A stretch of DNA of 57,851 bases from Basidiobolus ranarum (lineage: Eukaryota), in NCBI GenBank assembly GCA_040143965.1, contig JASJQH010006885.1, positions 1-57,851 of the forward strand. The letters are read 5' to 3'. Position 1 is the stretch's first letter, and every line of letters begins with the position of its first letter. The notes beneath the pieces were generated by a model, which had not been told where the DNA came from, did no database searches, and saw only the letters and a list, made by a program, of their open reading frames with translations. This document shows, one piece after another, positions 24,105 to 37,768 of this stretch. Both the position numbers and the translations under genes were made by a program.

Positions 24105-26660
24105 ATGGCAACAACCGTAGGGGAGTTCATTGATTTCTTACAACAGGCTGGTTATCCAGATGCTGCTGGAATTGACTCCAAACAAATCGAGTGGGCATTT
24201 CAAGCCAAGGAAACAGCACCGTTCATGGAGTGGCTACATAAAAATATAGATATAGAGACCAATGTACTATTGCCTGAAGAGCTTGAAGAGTAGTTATCTT
24301 ATTAACTTACGGAGCCAGTTAAATAGGAACTAATTTCATTTTGTTCTTTATTCTTTCTGTTAGGTATCAAGCACTGGAACAAGCAGGGAAAATTCCTCAA
24401 GTAAGTTATATTTGTGCTATTCATACAACTACCATCTTTCTAATGTTTATTTTCGTATGTAAGTTCTCGGATGACTATACCCCAGAGGAGATAGAGCCAC
24501 CCATTAGAAGTCTAATGAGTCACCTTTCTCAAGAATGTAGCAAAAGTGTTACTCGTCAACAAAATCATTCTCATCAACTGGACAAACGTAGTGCTTTGTT
24601 GAGGTAAGTGAAGAAACATGGTAGCGAACTTATTCCCAGTGTTTTTGACAGCTGTTCATTGGTAGCTCTAATTTGGAAGAATTAGAGAGCAGATTAGATT
24701 CTATGTTACAACTTGAGTCGGAAATGGATCAGAAACTGGAACAACAAGAGACAATCCTAAAAAATGAATCATCTAAGGTAGGTATATCTGTGTCCTCATT
24801 CCCTTAGATACACCACTAACGCATATGCGCGTTAATAGATGAATCATACGCTAAATGATATCGAGAAGTCAGTCAACAGCTTGATCTCGGATATCAGTCA
24901 TGAGAGGAGTGATGGTCAGTTAATCTCAGTTTTACTACTGGACAATCGGATGAATTATATATTAAATATGTTCTATAAACAGAGCCTCATACCTTCTTAT
25001 CTCAGGAGATTGGAAGTGCAAGAAAAATGACCAAACAATGCAAGTCGTTCGACACTGAGTTTATCAAACTTGTTGGTCAACTATTCAACAAGGTGCGGGT
25101 CTATGTGATTGAGATGTAGAAATCATGAGTTTAACCATCCCATCTTTACAGTCAGAAGGGATCTCTTACTATGGCCAGAACCTAGAGGAAGTTTTGGACA
25201 TTATAGATACACTGACGGAGGAGTTTGTGCAAGGTGATATACATGTGTATCTTACTTCTGATTGTTGAGTTATTGTTGACCCACTTTCAATAGGTGACAA
25301 ATCTCAGATGGAGCACGTCCTTGCGGAAGCTGAGAGACTAGTTTCGATGTAGATTGTCGTTCGTGTTGGATTTCAAATTTTTGCCTTTTACGCTCCTAAC
25401 CTATACATTCAATAGATATCCTAGTATCGATAAGAGGTACCTGGACTGTCAAGTTGAGCATGAAAAATGCCGAGAAACTCTACGTACACTGGAGGAAGAG
25501 AGCCTCCGTCTGGAAGTATATGGCACTGATATGTTGATGTTAAAGTGAGTGTTGTCTCATCTATTCAATGTATCCGTCTATTGATCCTTATTGATTAATC
25601 AACATTAGGCATGAGATTGAAAATTTCAAAGACGCTACCATCCAAATTGAATCTTCTTTATATGACGATCATGCTGAAATCTCTGACCTGTATGATGAGC
25701 TAGCCTCGTCTAAAGTCAAGTTTCCATTACTCAGTACACACTATCAGTCAATAAGCACTAGGCAAAAGTTCATTGCGCCCAAGTTGGAAAAGGTCTCTAT
25801 TTAATGTGACTTCTTTTAGAGAGACTGTTTACTAATTACTTCTTTCATAAAGATGGTTGAATTACTTGTTGACCAGAACTCACGTGAGCAGCTTATGTCT
25901 TTAATCAGTGAGTTCGAAATGGATCAGTTCATGCTGCGTTATAACGCACTTGTAGCACTTTCAGATGAATTGGATGACAAATTACAAGAGGTTCAAGCTA
26001 GACAGGTACATGACAATTTTGATGCTATATATTATGCATAATCTGAGCTCATATCAATCCTTTAACAGCACGCCAGAGCAGAGAAGGATTCACAGATTGT
26101 CACAAAAGCGGATATCATGGATAGTCGTGACTCCTACCTTCACCTTCTCAATCGCATGCTTGAAAACCAAACAGGTATGTTATCAATGCCTTTCAAACCT
26201 AGATCTCCATTACCAACTCACTTTCTTTGAAGTCGTGGAGGGTGATGAGAACGCCACTACTGCACTGTTTACTTCCTACAATACTCTAAAGACGAAATCC
26301 GAGGCGTTTGTTGCGCAAATCAACTCTTTGAGATCGGAGCTTTCCCGCTGTAAAGATGAAATAGATCAAACAGTAGCGAACAGTGAGCGTGCGGAAACGC
26401 TACTTCGACAAACTGTCTACAGGGATTCTTGTACAGAACAAATTCTATTGGATTCCAAGAAAGTATTTGACTTGCAAAATGAGTTTAAAAGCCAAATTAT
26501 GGAGCTCAAGACTCATTACAAGAAATGCAAAGAGGCAACACATATGGACGACATGCTATTCAACCAAAAAGGAATCTTCGAGTGGTTCTACTTGAAGCCT
26601 CATAAACTTGAGAAATACATTGAATTACTGAGAAAGCAAAAGAATGAAAGCAAAAATTAA
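24105..26660 (+). CDS. HAUS3: HAUS augmin-like complex subunit 3 (multi-exon)
   Basis: N-terminus EFIDFLQQAGYPDAAGIDSKQIEWAF..FMEWLHKNI..NVLLPEELEEYQALEQAGKI matches the HAUS3 N-terminal domain pattern. Coiled-coil body, with C-terminal FEWFYLKPHKL. Confidence 0.82.
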
Positions 26661-27061
26661 CTCTGAATTCGATATTTATCTATTCTTGTTTGAATATACT
26701 CCCTGTACACATCGCTTTGGAGGTAACACTCTGCAACTGTATTAAATATCGTGATCAGCCACTGTCAACTCAGATAATACCAATTTCTAATCATTTGGAC
26801 ACTGGTTCACTAGTAAATAAATGATGTACACAAATTCGAATTTCTATATGAGTGGTGCCGAGTCAAATTTTGTTCAAAGAAAATCAGAAACATATGTTGG
26901 GTGTTTTACGAGTCAGTATAAGGCACTTTTTTTCACTGATTTAAGGTAAAAACTCTGTGGACTGGCTCCATATTAGCATCAATTTTTGTAGGGAAAGTTA
27001 GTCACGTCATATATATTCTCTGAAGTGACAACAAACCATTTCCCTAACACCTACCGTCACA

Positions 27062-30046
27062 ATGGAAGTTGATGGTGAGTAACCGTGGAACAATATGCTA
27101 CCACTACAACCACGGGTCTCGTATTTTATCTGTTTAGAAAGCTTTTCCCACGCGTCTTAATCTTAGATAAGAAGAGGGATTTTCACGCGTTACGAGACTC
27201 GAAAAGAATAACAATCAACTTCACTTTTATTTATCTTTTTCTTTTTAAAATTTTCATTTTAGAAACCCCTAGAACCACTCGGTCTCGTAAACGGAAACTT
27301 GATTCGGCAGAAAAAGAAAACTCGAGTCATAAAGATGAGATATCAGAAACTAAGAAAATAAGTCCACCTAATTTCGATCCACCAGTATCCCCTTCGCCTG
27401 TTCCAAGAAGAAGAGGAAGACCACCAAAACATAGAAAAGTATTGGATGTTCTAAACGCCAAAGAATTACTCGATGTAAAGGAGTATCCCAAAAGTCCCTC
27501 AAGCACCACTTCTGGCCCGCCTGAAATTGATAGCGAATACATCCGACCTGAAATAGATGAGAAAGGAGAGATGAAAATCACCCCAGATGGAGAGTTGCTT
27601 GGTGGTCAGTAAGAATACCCATTTTAAGAGTGATTTGCTAAAAACTGAAGTTATTATATTTCACGTATTTAGGCCGAAAATATAAAACTGCTGTTTTTCA
27701 ACTTCCTGAACGACACCCAACTTGCTATTACATGTTCTCTATGGAGGTGGCAAAGTTACTAGGATATCGTGATAGTCACTCGTTTTTCAACAAAAATCCC
27801 AACCTAGTGAGATTATGGGCCACTGAAACGGAGCGACATTATTTGGTGGAGCAAGGACTACTAGCATCTATGCTGAAAAGTAGACCCATTGCCCTGCTTA
27901 CTGCTCATTCTGCATTCAAAAATTTCGGCGCTAAAGTAGTTAAGAATGGTAAGAGAGGAATAGATGATTATTACGAGGCGGAGGCTATAGCAATGGGATT
28001 TTACGAGGACTCTAACAGAGAAGAAGAACCGAGAACTGTCCCACCTAATATCCCATCTGTTTCGACACCAAGCCACTCTGCTTCAGGACTGCCTGAGAGT
28101 CTCAGCTCTCTTGGCCAAGTGAACCCAATCAACTGGATGTACATATGTGCTTCATCTACTCGAAGCTTCAACTCGGTGCTAACACACCGTCGCAAGGCTA
28201 ACCCCAACTTTTTTGATATACATACCAATTTGGACCAGGTGCCCAGTGCCACTCAGCCTCAAGAAGTATGGGTGGAGAAGCTGAATGATGTCAAAGCAAG
28301 GGCAGGTGCGCAAATCGATCCAGATATGAAATTCCAAGTGAAGAACATGGTTAATTATGTTGGCAAATTGCCTAACAAAGAGCTATTGGATTTAATTCCA
28401 CCCGATATGGCAAAGGAGGCAATTGAGCTAATTCAAGTTCGAGAAGAACAGGAAATTGAAGATGGTTCACTCAAATATCCCATCGCTATAGTGAATGGAC
28501 AATATCAGGAAGCATATCCAATGTAGGTTTATTGTGGATTATTTTGGGTGATAGTTTCAGAATGTTGATCGCGCTTTTTTATGTAGTCATCGCACACGCT
28601 TGAACCAAGTGTTACCCAAGAACTCTTCGCAAAGTAGCCCGTACGCCGTGCAAGCAATGTATCCCTCTTTGTTTGCCGCTTCACAGAACCCGCCTCAAAA
28701 TAAGGCGCTAGGTACACCTACTCCCCAACAAATACAGCAAACAATGATGAGCCCCTCAGTTCATTTAGTTTCTAAGCAGAGTCCAGCGCCAGAAGCATCA
28801 GTATGTATTAAATGGACAGAGATGTTGATATAAATTCCTAGGTTGATGAGTGTTTATTTTTAAACAGGGTAGTTCTATGAAGCCTACAGCCGCTTTTACC
28901 TGTGGTATTATTGCTAGTAGTACTGGACAACCATGTAGACGACTAGTAACTTTTGATGGCGAGCGTTGTCTCTATCATAAGAGTATTTTAGCGTTGAATA
29001 TGGCCAATGGCTCACGGGCGACCAGTGAAGTCTCACAGCCACAGACTCCTTCCAGAACGAGCAAAGAAGATGATGAAGAGGAAGTAGGGTCTGAAGGAAG
29101 TGTAAGTTAATCTAACGATTTATAGCTCTACGCTGCCCATTACCATCTTTTTGCTAACATCAATATAAATATCTAGCCTAGACAAAACATTTCCACAGTT
29201 CCTCCTAATGCGTGCGTCCACTGCCACTCGTTACTCACTCCTTCTGCTTTAGTGACCAAGGAAAATACTCCACCCTTCTCTCTGTTAGAGATGCTAACTT
29301 GTGCTCGTTGTGATGGCAAACACCATCCACTCTGCATTCATCTCAATACAACTAGGCTAATAAATGCCTGTGAGAGCTATCCATGGGAATGTAACGATTG
29401 TAAGATGTGCGTCGTTTGTGAAAGTACTGGTGACGAAGAGACATTGTTAATCTGCGATGATTGTGATCGTGCTTGGCATATGACTTGTTGTGTGCCATCG
29501 GTGAGCGAATTACCTAAAGGTAAGTTGGTAAAACATTTTCTAGTTGACATTGACCATTGAAATTTACTCGTTCTATTAGATAAATGGCTTTGTCCCCTAT
29601 GCGCCAAATGCCAGACATGTGGACCTAAACCTGATTTGCCACCTTCCGAATTTCAACATGCTCTCGCACCTCCATCTGGTGATAAGAAGTATCCCACATA
29701 TTTGGCTACATATTGTATGAATTGTTATCGCGACTTTCAAGCAAATAGGTATTGTCCATGTTGTATGCGTACATTTACAGAAGACGCTGAGGAAGAGATG
29801 GTTTGCTGTGATCAATGCGACAGATGGATTCATCGAATATGCGATTCTTCGTTAACGAAAGAAAAGTATCAAAGACTGGCTGAAGATGAAACCATGAAAT
29901 ATCTGTGTCCATTTTGTGAGAAAAACCCACCAGAAGATGTTGCTGAAATCGTTAAGCTTGACCATAACCCAGTAGCTGTTCCCTATATTGCCGGAGCTGG
30001 TAAAGAGTATTTCTATGGAGATGGAACACCCAAGAACGACTCATAA
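27062..30046 (+). CDS. Chromatin-remodelling subunit: AT-hook + Rsc7/Swp82 (CRC) domain + multiple PHD fingers (PHF10/BAF45-like)
   Basis: AT-hook RRRGRPPK; IDEKGEMKITPDGELLGGRKY..MFSMEVAKLLGYRDSHSFFNKNPNL (Rsc7/Swp82 signature); tandem PHD WECNDCKMCVVC..LLICDDCDRAWHMTC; a further PHD MVCCDQCDRWIHRIC..YLCPFC. Confidence 0.85.
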
Positions 30047-31136
30047 TTTATTTTTTACTTGAATATTACAAATCCTCAATCTTCTTGTAAATGATTTCTC
30101 GTAATTCTCTCGCTACTCTTGTCATCTTTTGCCAGCCAGCTTCACCTCGGTAGCATTCTTCCTGAGCTTATAAGCTTCCACATTTTTATTTACATTCTCG
30201 TCGATATTCCGACATTCATAAGCTTGGATGTTTATTTTCCCTTTTAATTATCTACATGATTCCGAATGTATTTTTTTCGTTTGTCTCCTTTCAAGTCTGT
30301 AGACCTCCTCCACACCCCGCTTCGAATCACGCATTTTTTTGATAGCCATAGTTGACATATTACTCGAAAAGCTCCACCTGTTCTGCTTAGCCACCCAAAC
30401 CAGCTTTTTGAATCACCAATTTTCTACTTTAAAAATATAGAAATATAAAGTTTATCTCTTAAATAGCAGGTCTGCCCTCTTTTTACACATCCCGCTTCAA
30501 CAACCGAGCTATGATGATTATCTGATTATTTATCGAAGTCAGCATTTCAGTATCACCACATTGCATCGCATTGCCATAAAGATAATCACGAATTGTCAGT
30601 TGATTATATTCATCTGGTATCTGGTGCTTACCTAGTCCTGTGATCAAGATTATATTAACACTTGTGGAACCGGCATCGTGTTAACGGATGGAAGCCTAAG
30701 TAAAGCCTTAGAGTTCGTTTGCCAGCGCGGAATTATATGTACCTATTCTACAGATGGTTGTTTTGGATAGAGCCCATGAATGTAATTGAAGGAAAGAACC
30801 CTGCATCCAGTACATATCCATAGATTAGCATGTTATTTTATACCGCCTTCCGGATTGAAACGGAGTAGAGTAAGATGTACGGGCAAATTCCGGTACCCCA
30901 TAAATTCACTCTGATGATCAAATTGTGAAGATAGCCCAGATAAGGATGACCACTACAAGTCATAGAAGTTTGAATGAATAAAAGCGTGGAGATTCGACCG
31001 AATCAACCATCCACTTAGAGGATTTCGTAGGCCGTACATATAATACCCCAGAGTTCGCCTAATCCCTTTTATTAGGCTACTGATTGATTTTTAATTCTTT
31101 ACTTGGCCATTCACCTTTCTTCAGTCAATAGTAACT

Positions 31137-31610
31137 ATGTCTTCTTCTGCTGTTATTCGTTTCTGGAACCATCCTGCTGGTCCTAAGACTGTACACTTTT
31201 GGGCTCCTGCTGTTAAATGGGTATACTTTTCACACGTTGCAATAATATTATTATCCCCAGGACTCAAGCATATGAATATATTTTAGGGATTGGTCTTTGC
31301 CGGTATTGGTGATTTGAGTCGTTCCCCCGAACAACTTTCACTTTCTCAACAAACAGGTAGAATAAAAAGGAGTTTAGTAATAATCTACGAAGTAAATTTC
31401 ACTAACATGGCCCAATTTTTTTTCATTTCAACTTGGATAGCTTTGGCCTGTACCGGACTTATTTGGTGTCGTTACTCTACTCAAATCATCCCCAAGAATT
31501 GGTCACTTTTCTCAGTGAACTTATTCGTTGCTGGTACTTCACTTTACCAATTGTATCGTATTTATGACTACAGAAGTAAGCAAGAAGCTGACAAGAAAAT
31601 TGCTGCTTGA
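31137..31610 (+). CDS. MPC2: Mitochondrial pyruvate carrier 2 (3 exons)
   Basis: FWNHPAGPKTVHFWAPAVKWGLVFAGIGD..ALACTGLIWCRYSTQIIPKNWSLFSVNLFV. Confidence 0.95.
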
Positions 31611-32603
31611 AAACACTTAAGAGTGTTTTTCTTTACCTATCACTTCTCCTTCCCCTTTTTCTTCCTCTTTTCATTTCATACATATGCACCCATAAAAATG
31701 ACAATATAATTTCCCTATTCTTGAGTATTGAAATAATTCTTCTATATATCTTGAATATGATTTCATAGGAACTATGTTCTCAAAATAAAGATGTGATTGA
31801 TGACTATGAATGATTCAGTGATTTCTTGTTATTTAATCCACTCCATCCAACGTACCCTAGTTGCTTAACCCTAACCCTAACATACCCTCAGGAACCACTT
31901 CAAACCCAATCCCTTAAACACGCGAAATGAAATGGTTGGGAAAGAATCCCATGAGAACTCACCAAAGATGATTCGATAAAAATCCAAGGGGATTATTTAT
32001 TATAATGACCAAAAAAAATCATGCTAAACACTCCCCCAACCACCCAGAAATATATGTAAGATAATAAAATTGGGTAATTTAAAATAGCCTCTTATCACCC
32101 AACGCTCCCCCAATTATCCGATGTTCATAATAGAAATTATATACTAAAATAAAAGAAAAAAACCAGGTTTGAAATTCAACTACAAAAACCAACATGACTA
32201 ACTAAAACTAAAAAAAAATACTATCAACTCGATTAAACTATGGAAAATGACCAATCCCCTAAATTAATAAACGCCACGCCACTTGATTAATGTTGTAAGT
32301 CACAGAGAAAGGATAACTCAAGTATATCCCGTTACAAACAGTACATCTTGAAGTTCTTCACTACAAAAATCCTCCGCTGTAAACATGTCGATAAATTGTA
32401 TATATATACTCCATCTACTGAAATTTTGCAAATTATTAATAAAATATTTCCTTGACTGACGAATGCTGATCCAATAGGTCATGCGAGCACAGAGTGGGTG
32501 CATCTCATCTCCGGCGACGCCTCTAACTCTTCATCTTGATTAAGTTATGGGAAGATCAATGAAATAAAGATACGGATGATGAAGCATCCCATAGGAATGA
32601 ACT

Positions 32604-35344
32604 TCATCTGTTCTCACGAGCGTTTCCGGAAGAGCTTGGTAAACTTGAGGGTATGTGAACTGGGCGTGAATATGATGAATGAGAAACGGAGTATTGGTGA
32701 GCTGAGGATCGTTCAATAAGAGTACCAGATTTGGGAGTGGGTTGGCTCATGGCATTTGGTCGTAAGTGGGATGTCGAGGATACTGGGAAATTAGTGATGG
32801 AACGGGTGATATTCGAATTCGATGTTGGTGTTGTGGTGTTCGTTTTTTGCTGTTGCTTTCCGGCTCGGGCTATGGATCTTGAATACCTCAGACCACATGC
32901 ATTGCATAGCCTATAATGATCAATTGTTAATATTACTCGTCAGTTTGTTAACCATCCACTCATGAATAGTTACTTACGTCTTGTGTCCAGTCGGGCCACG
33001 TCTCCATTCAGGACTTTGACTCGTGTTGCAGCTTTCACACCTTTTTTGTACAGTTGTGGTGCTATGAAGAAATGATATCGGTACTCCACCTCGAGTCATT
33101 GCATATCCTTGAACTAAAGGAGGAATATGATGCCCAGGATTTGACGATCTAAATTGATTTACTGTTTGAGAGCGGACACCCACTGGTGTGGACATAACAT
33201 GGGGAAGAGGCGACTGCGAGTATGCCAGTCCAGAAGTGGGGTGATGAGGCTGAGGCTCTACTAGCTGTGATATTGGAGGCAATGATGCATTGGATAGAGT
33301 AGAATCTCTGTGGGGTACTGGCGATGAATGACGACGATTGATTCCAGGATGATCCATTGGCATAAAAATATCACTTTCTGAATGGTTACGACCTAAAACA
33401 CGAACTCTAAGATCTTCTTGCTCCGACCGAAATTTCTTTCCAAGAGTTAGACAAGCCCCACTACTCTGCTCATTCGATATTCGCTTATTAGGGGACAATG
33501 GAGAAGATACTTGATTCTCTGGGATTTGAGAAAGTGAGCTACTCATTGTTATATTCATTTTGTCTCTTGGTCGAGCAAAAGTAGTGTGAGGCTCAGATGC
33601 GCGGCGGTTAGCGTTGAAATTGGGATCGGATATATCATCTCTCAAGGTAGGTAAGGACGGAAGACTTGCTCGGTTATGAGAATTTCGGGGATAGTACGGA
33701 TACATACGAAAAAATTCGCCAGATGTGCTTCCATCGGGCGACATCTGAGGGCCACCATGAACTGATGGAGAGCAAGGGGTCAAAGGCATTTCAGATGTGG
33801 TGGTTTGAGGATGATTTAGCAGATGAGACATGCTAGGCATACTTGTAGGTGGCGCATATGAGATGGCAGGCTTGGTATCTAAGTAAAAATATTTAGTTTA
33901 CACCGATTAATACTGACGTCATAAAACAATATACCTAGAACTTTCTCGTTCAACGGCGAATAATGTCGCTTACCAGGAGGAAGAGTTAACTGCAACGGCT
34001 GTTGAGCAGCAAAATTAGACAGCAGCGGCGCTACAGACTGAAAGCATGCAAACGTGACTGAACCATATGGGATGACTATACATTGAATGTATTGTAATGA
34101 TCCATCCATATGAGTCATACTATGTTTACCAGAGTATCTTTGTATGCACAAACAGCCGTCGGTTGGTGGTGCTTTTCCTAAATGCTCCTTGATTTTGTAT
34201 AAATCCTCTGGTTTAAGATGATGCTCTAGGACACCTCTCGACCCGGGGGGAGGAACTTGCTGAGCACCGGTCAGCTTGCAGAAAGTTTCCTCTGGCCAGC
34301 AGAGCAATGGCGAAAGAGCCTTGGAGTCCAAGATAAAAAATATTCTACCGCAGCTAGATGCAGAGTTGGTAGAGATAGAAGTAACAAATGAATTGGGCGT
34401 GGCAGCTTTGTAAGATGGGCTTTGAGGAGTATTTGGTGTCAGCGGAACATCAGATATGTGTCTGGAATGTCCCAACTGTCTATCCTGCTCGCTAAGATAC
34501 CGAACACACTGTGCCCAATTATCAATGTCCTATTGTGGGAAAAAAAACAGCAAAGTAAAGAAAAATATTAAAACATGAACTGTAAGAAAAGAAGTAAAAA
34601 ATAATATGCTAACCTGAGCGTCGTAGTTTTGCTGACCGCATACATGATTTTGCTGCTCATCTATTTTGGGATATACTAGAATTAATGTCTTTCTTATGCA
34701 CAATTTAGAGTTTGGTTATAAGATTTACCCTCAATTGGATGGAAAATTCCAAGAACTACACCGTCACAAACAACATTAAGAGTGATGTCCATTACAAGAT
34801 ATCCCTCCTGTTCCTCTTCGTCGTCTAAATCAATAACATCTTTTGGTTCGTTGTTATGGTGGGTTGGAATACTCGAACCGAAGTAGGAACGTGGAGAACG
34901 TGTTTGCACCGGAAATGTAGGACTCGGTGGCAAAGAAGGCTTTCGAGAATTGTGATACTTGTTTTCTGGTTGTGAAGATACTGCAATTGAAGCTTTACGA
35001 CCAGGTCTCGCTAAGGGATGAGACAAGAAAATATTTCGAAACTGACATCTAAGAACAAGAGTATGTTAGAACAATGATTCAGACAACAATGGCTCGAACG
35101 TTCAAAGAAGGCTTATATGTAAGTACCTAGTAACTGAGCCAAGTAAGTCCCGTTGCTCTATAGACCGTGAAATGTCTCTCTTGGCTGGTGCATACTCCGA
35201 TGGATGCAGGTAATCATAAAAGCAAGTACCCAATATGGTGTTGTCATTTTGTAAGGTGTCTCTCAAACTAGATGAAATATACACGAAGGCGAGATTGGAA
35301 GTAGAAAGAAGCGCCCAAAAGCACGTTCTTTGGGTTGCTGACAT
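32604..35344 (-). CDS. GATA zinc-finger transcription factor (CX2CX18CX2C) with N-terminal PAS-like domain; about 6 exons
   Basis: Zinc finger CESCNTSQSPEWRRGPTGHKT|LCNACGLRY (split by an intron). PAS-like FWALLS..FVYISSSLRDTL..LGTCFYDYLHPSE, plus a second degenerate PAS-like segment at 34000-34350. The start codon is uncertain. Confidence 0.88.
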
Positions 35345-35820
35345 TTGTTCCCTTAAGATTCTGTTTGTCCGTCTTCGCGAATGCACGCCAAATGATTCGT
35401 TCAGTGTATACACAAGTACTGTGGAGAATCCGTAATATAAACTATAGTTAGGGGTGAATTTAGGATTCGTTTATACGAATCGGGAGGATAAAGGCAAAAC
35501 AACGCAACTACACGTTTTGTACAGTAAGTGGGGTGTCAATACATAGGGTAACCCCACGTTCGTATTATGCCTAGGAAAGCAAAAACTCGATGAAATATAG
35601 AGGAAGAAACTAGGCTCAGGTCGTCCGAAATATGGACCGAAAGAAAGTTAAGATAACAAGAGTTTTGAACAGTTGAAAGGTTAGCAGGAAGAAAAGAATA
35701 AACAGATGATGTGTAGAGAGTCGGGAGTATTTGAGTCAGTGCAACACGGTTAATTTTGGTTGGAGGAGATTAAATCTACCCACTATTCTCCAATTTTTTT
35801 CCCTCCACCCTCTGGCCTAT

Positions 35821-37065
35821 GATCTCATCTAGCACAAGCATTGTATTAAACTGTTATATTACTCGATCGATTTAAATGAGATAATGTGAAGCCAACAATA
35901 AAGTTATATAATTATTATCCTCACCAAGGCCATGTCGATGATCACACTTTGTACACCTTTCATGCGCCTACCAATTGATCATTTGAAGCGATTGTGATCT
36001 TATAGAGTCCTGATCGGGAACCATGCTAGGAGATGGACAGTAAAAGTGATAAATTTGCACCAAACAGGGGAGGCCGCACCATAATGATAATTAACCCTAA
36101 ATGCTTAATCGATGCCTAGAATGTTTCATTTGTTACAGACAACCTCCCTTCTTCATTGACCCCAACCCTCTACAATGATCAACCACGTTTCCCCTCGATG
36201 GATAGCCCACCACGTTTCCCCTATTTCCTGCATTTTCTCATCGCCAGGATTGAGGAGAAGCCATTTGCAACAATCCTCCCTGAATTTACGCTTCGATTAT
36301 GCTTGATGCCGACCCTAACCAAAGGCCCTACAGATCGATTTGTAATACGCTTACAATCCCAGGTGTTTCGCATTATCTAGATTCTATTGGAGATGCCATA
36401 ACAACGGAGATTTGGATTTAAGGTGTATGCGCCATAGTCAACCCTCCTCCCCCCTATTTCCTCAATTGGACTAGACTCTAGTCATAACATCTCAACCTTT
36501 CAAGGAGTCGCAATCGATGCTATACTCATAAGAGGAAAGCCCAGATCCACCATGCTGGCAAGTCTAGGTTTGGAAGCGAGCAGTGATTTGCTTTTGTTGC
36601 GAGGGCACTTTGGGGTATACATTCGATCTATATTAGTCCCCACCCACGTGACGTCGCCCCCATTTCTTAGACCCATGTTGTAACTCCAGGGTAGGGTGAC
36701 TTTATAGTTAGGGTGGTTTCGTAAGGCAAGTGTAGCAATCAGCGGATTGTTATGATCGTACTCGATCATTTACCATTTTAGATCTGCCAATAAGAGTCAT
36801 GATTTGATCGCCTGTAGTGAGCACATATATATATACTAAGTATTGTTGGTTTCAAGCCAAATGATGATTCAAGGGACGATCCCATAGAGACTCGACGGTT
36901 CAAGCAACAGTAGCATACACGCAATATATACACACATACGCGACCTCAGACATAGCTGATCACCATTAAAATTAATTATGAGAATGCTGATCATGCCAGC
37001 ACTTTTCATAACAACCGTCATGCCATAGCCCTAGCCCTAGCCTATGCTATTGTTGAGGCAGGATC
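35821..37065. promoter_or_regulatory. GATC-motif-dense upstream region of the GATA factor gene
   Basis: 18 GATC tetramers counted by eye in about 1.25 kb, against roughly 4-5 expected from base composition. Confidence 0.45.
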
Positions 37066-37703
37066 TCTAATCCGTAAAACTATCCGATTGGTTGTAGACC
37101 TCGTAATCACATGAGAGTGGTTACCAATCGATAGTTATTTCAGGATTTCTGTCTTCCCGTTTCCATTGGTCACTCTATTGTTAATAAAGGTTAGGCAACA
37201 TTTCAAGGCTCGTACAATCAAAGGTTCTTGGACAATCTGAAATTCTTGTGGCTTTCCCAAAGAATAATCTTCAAATCAATCATTGAGAACAGAAACCTGT
37301 TGCTGCGATCTGGTCAGTTACATGCCCTCTTTGAAGATACTCTGCATTTAGGTTTACGTCATCATATCTACTTTTATTCTTGTATCGATTATTTTGCATA
37401 CAGCCCAAATGAATCGAATCCCAGATCATCTCTGAGCGACGCTATCTACTAATGACAGGATTCAAACCAGAAAAGGTTGTTTGAATTTATAATACATGAG
37501 AGTCTTTTTTGAACTAAAAGTGTCTTGAGCTCGGGTAGATTACCAATTACTTCTAACCAGTATCCATAGCAAGGCGATCTAATTCAGTCGTTTGGTTGTG
37601 GCTGTTAATATATGTTAGCTTTTGATTAATTGTACAATAATGTGTTAGAAGTATTAATACTGACATTCGGTAGAGTTCTATGATAATCCGCAAGGATCAA
37701 CAT

Positions 37704-37768
37704 GGGATGTTGGCCTAATGGATAAGGCATCAGACCTGGGATTGCGGGTTCGAGTCTCGTGCGCCTCG
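37704..37768 (+). pseudogene. tRNA-Arg(UCG) pseudogene lacking the anticodon loop
   Basis: GGGATGTTGGCCTAATGGATAAGGCATCAGAC-CTGGGATTGCGGGTTCGAGTCTCGTGCGCCTCG is 8 nt shorter than the intact copies. TTCGGAT is deleted and there are extra stem substitutions. Confidence 0.9.

Noticed and set aside
15848-30046. Functional cluster of chromatin genes (p2-like, BAF60, Rsc7-PHD)
   Set aside because: They are interspersed with unrelated genes, and there is no evidence of co-regulation without synteny data.
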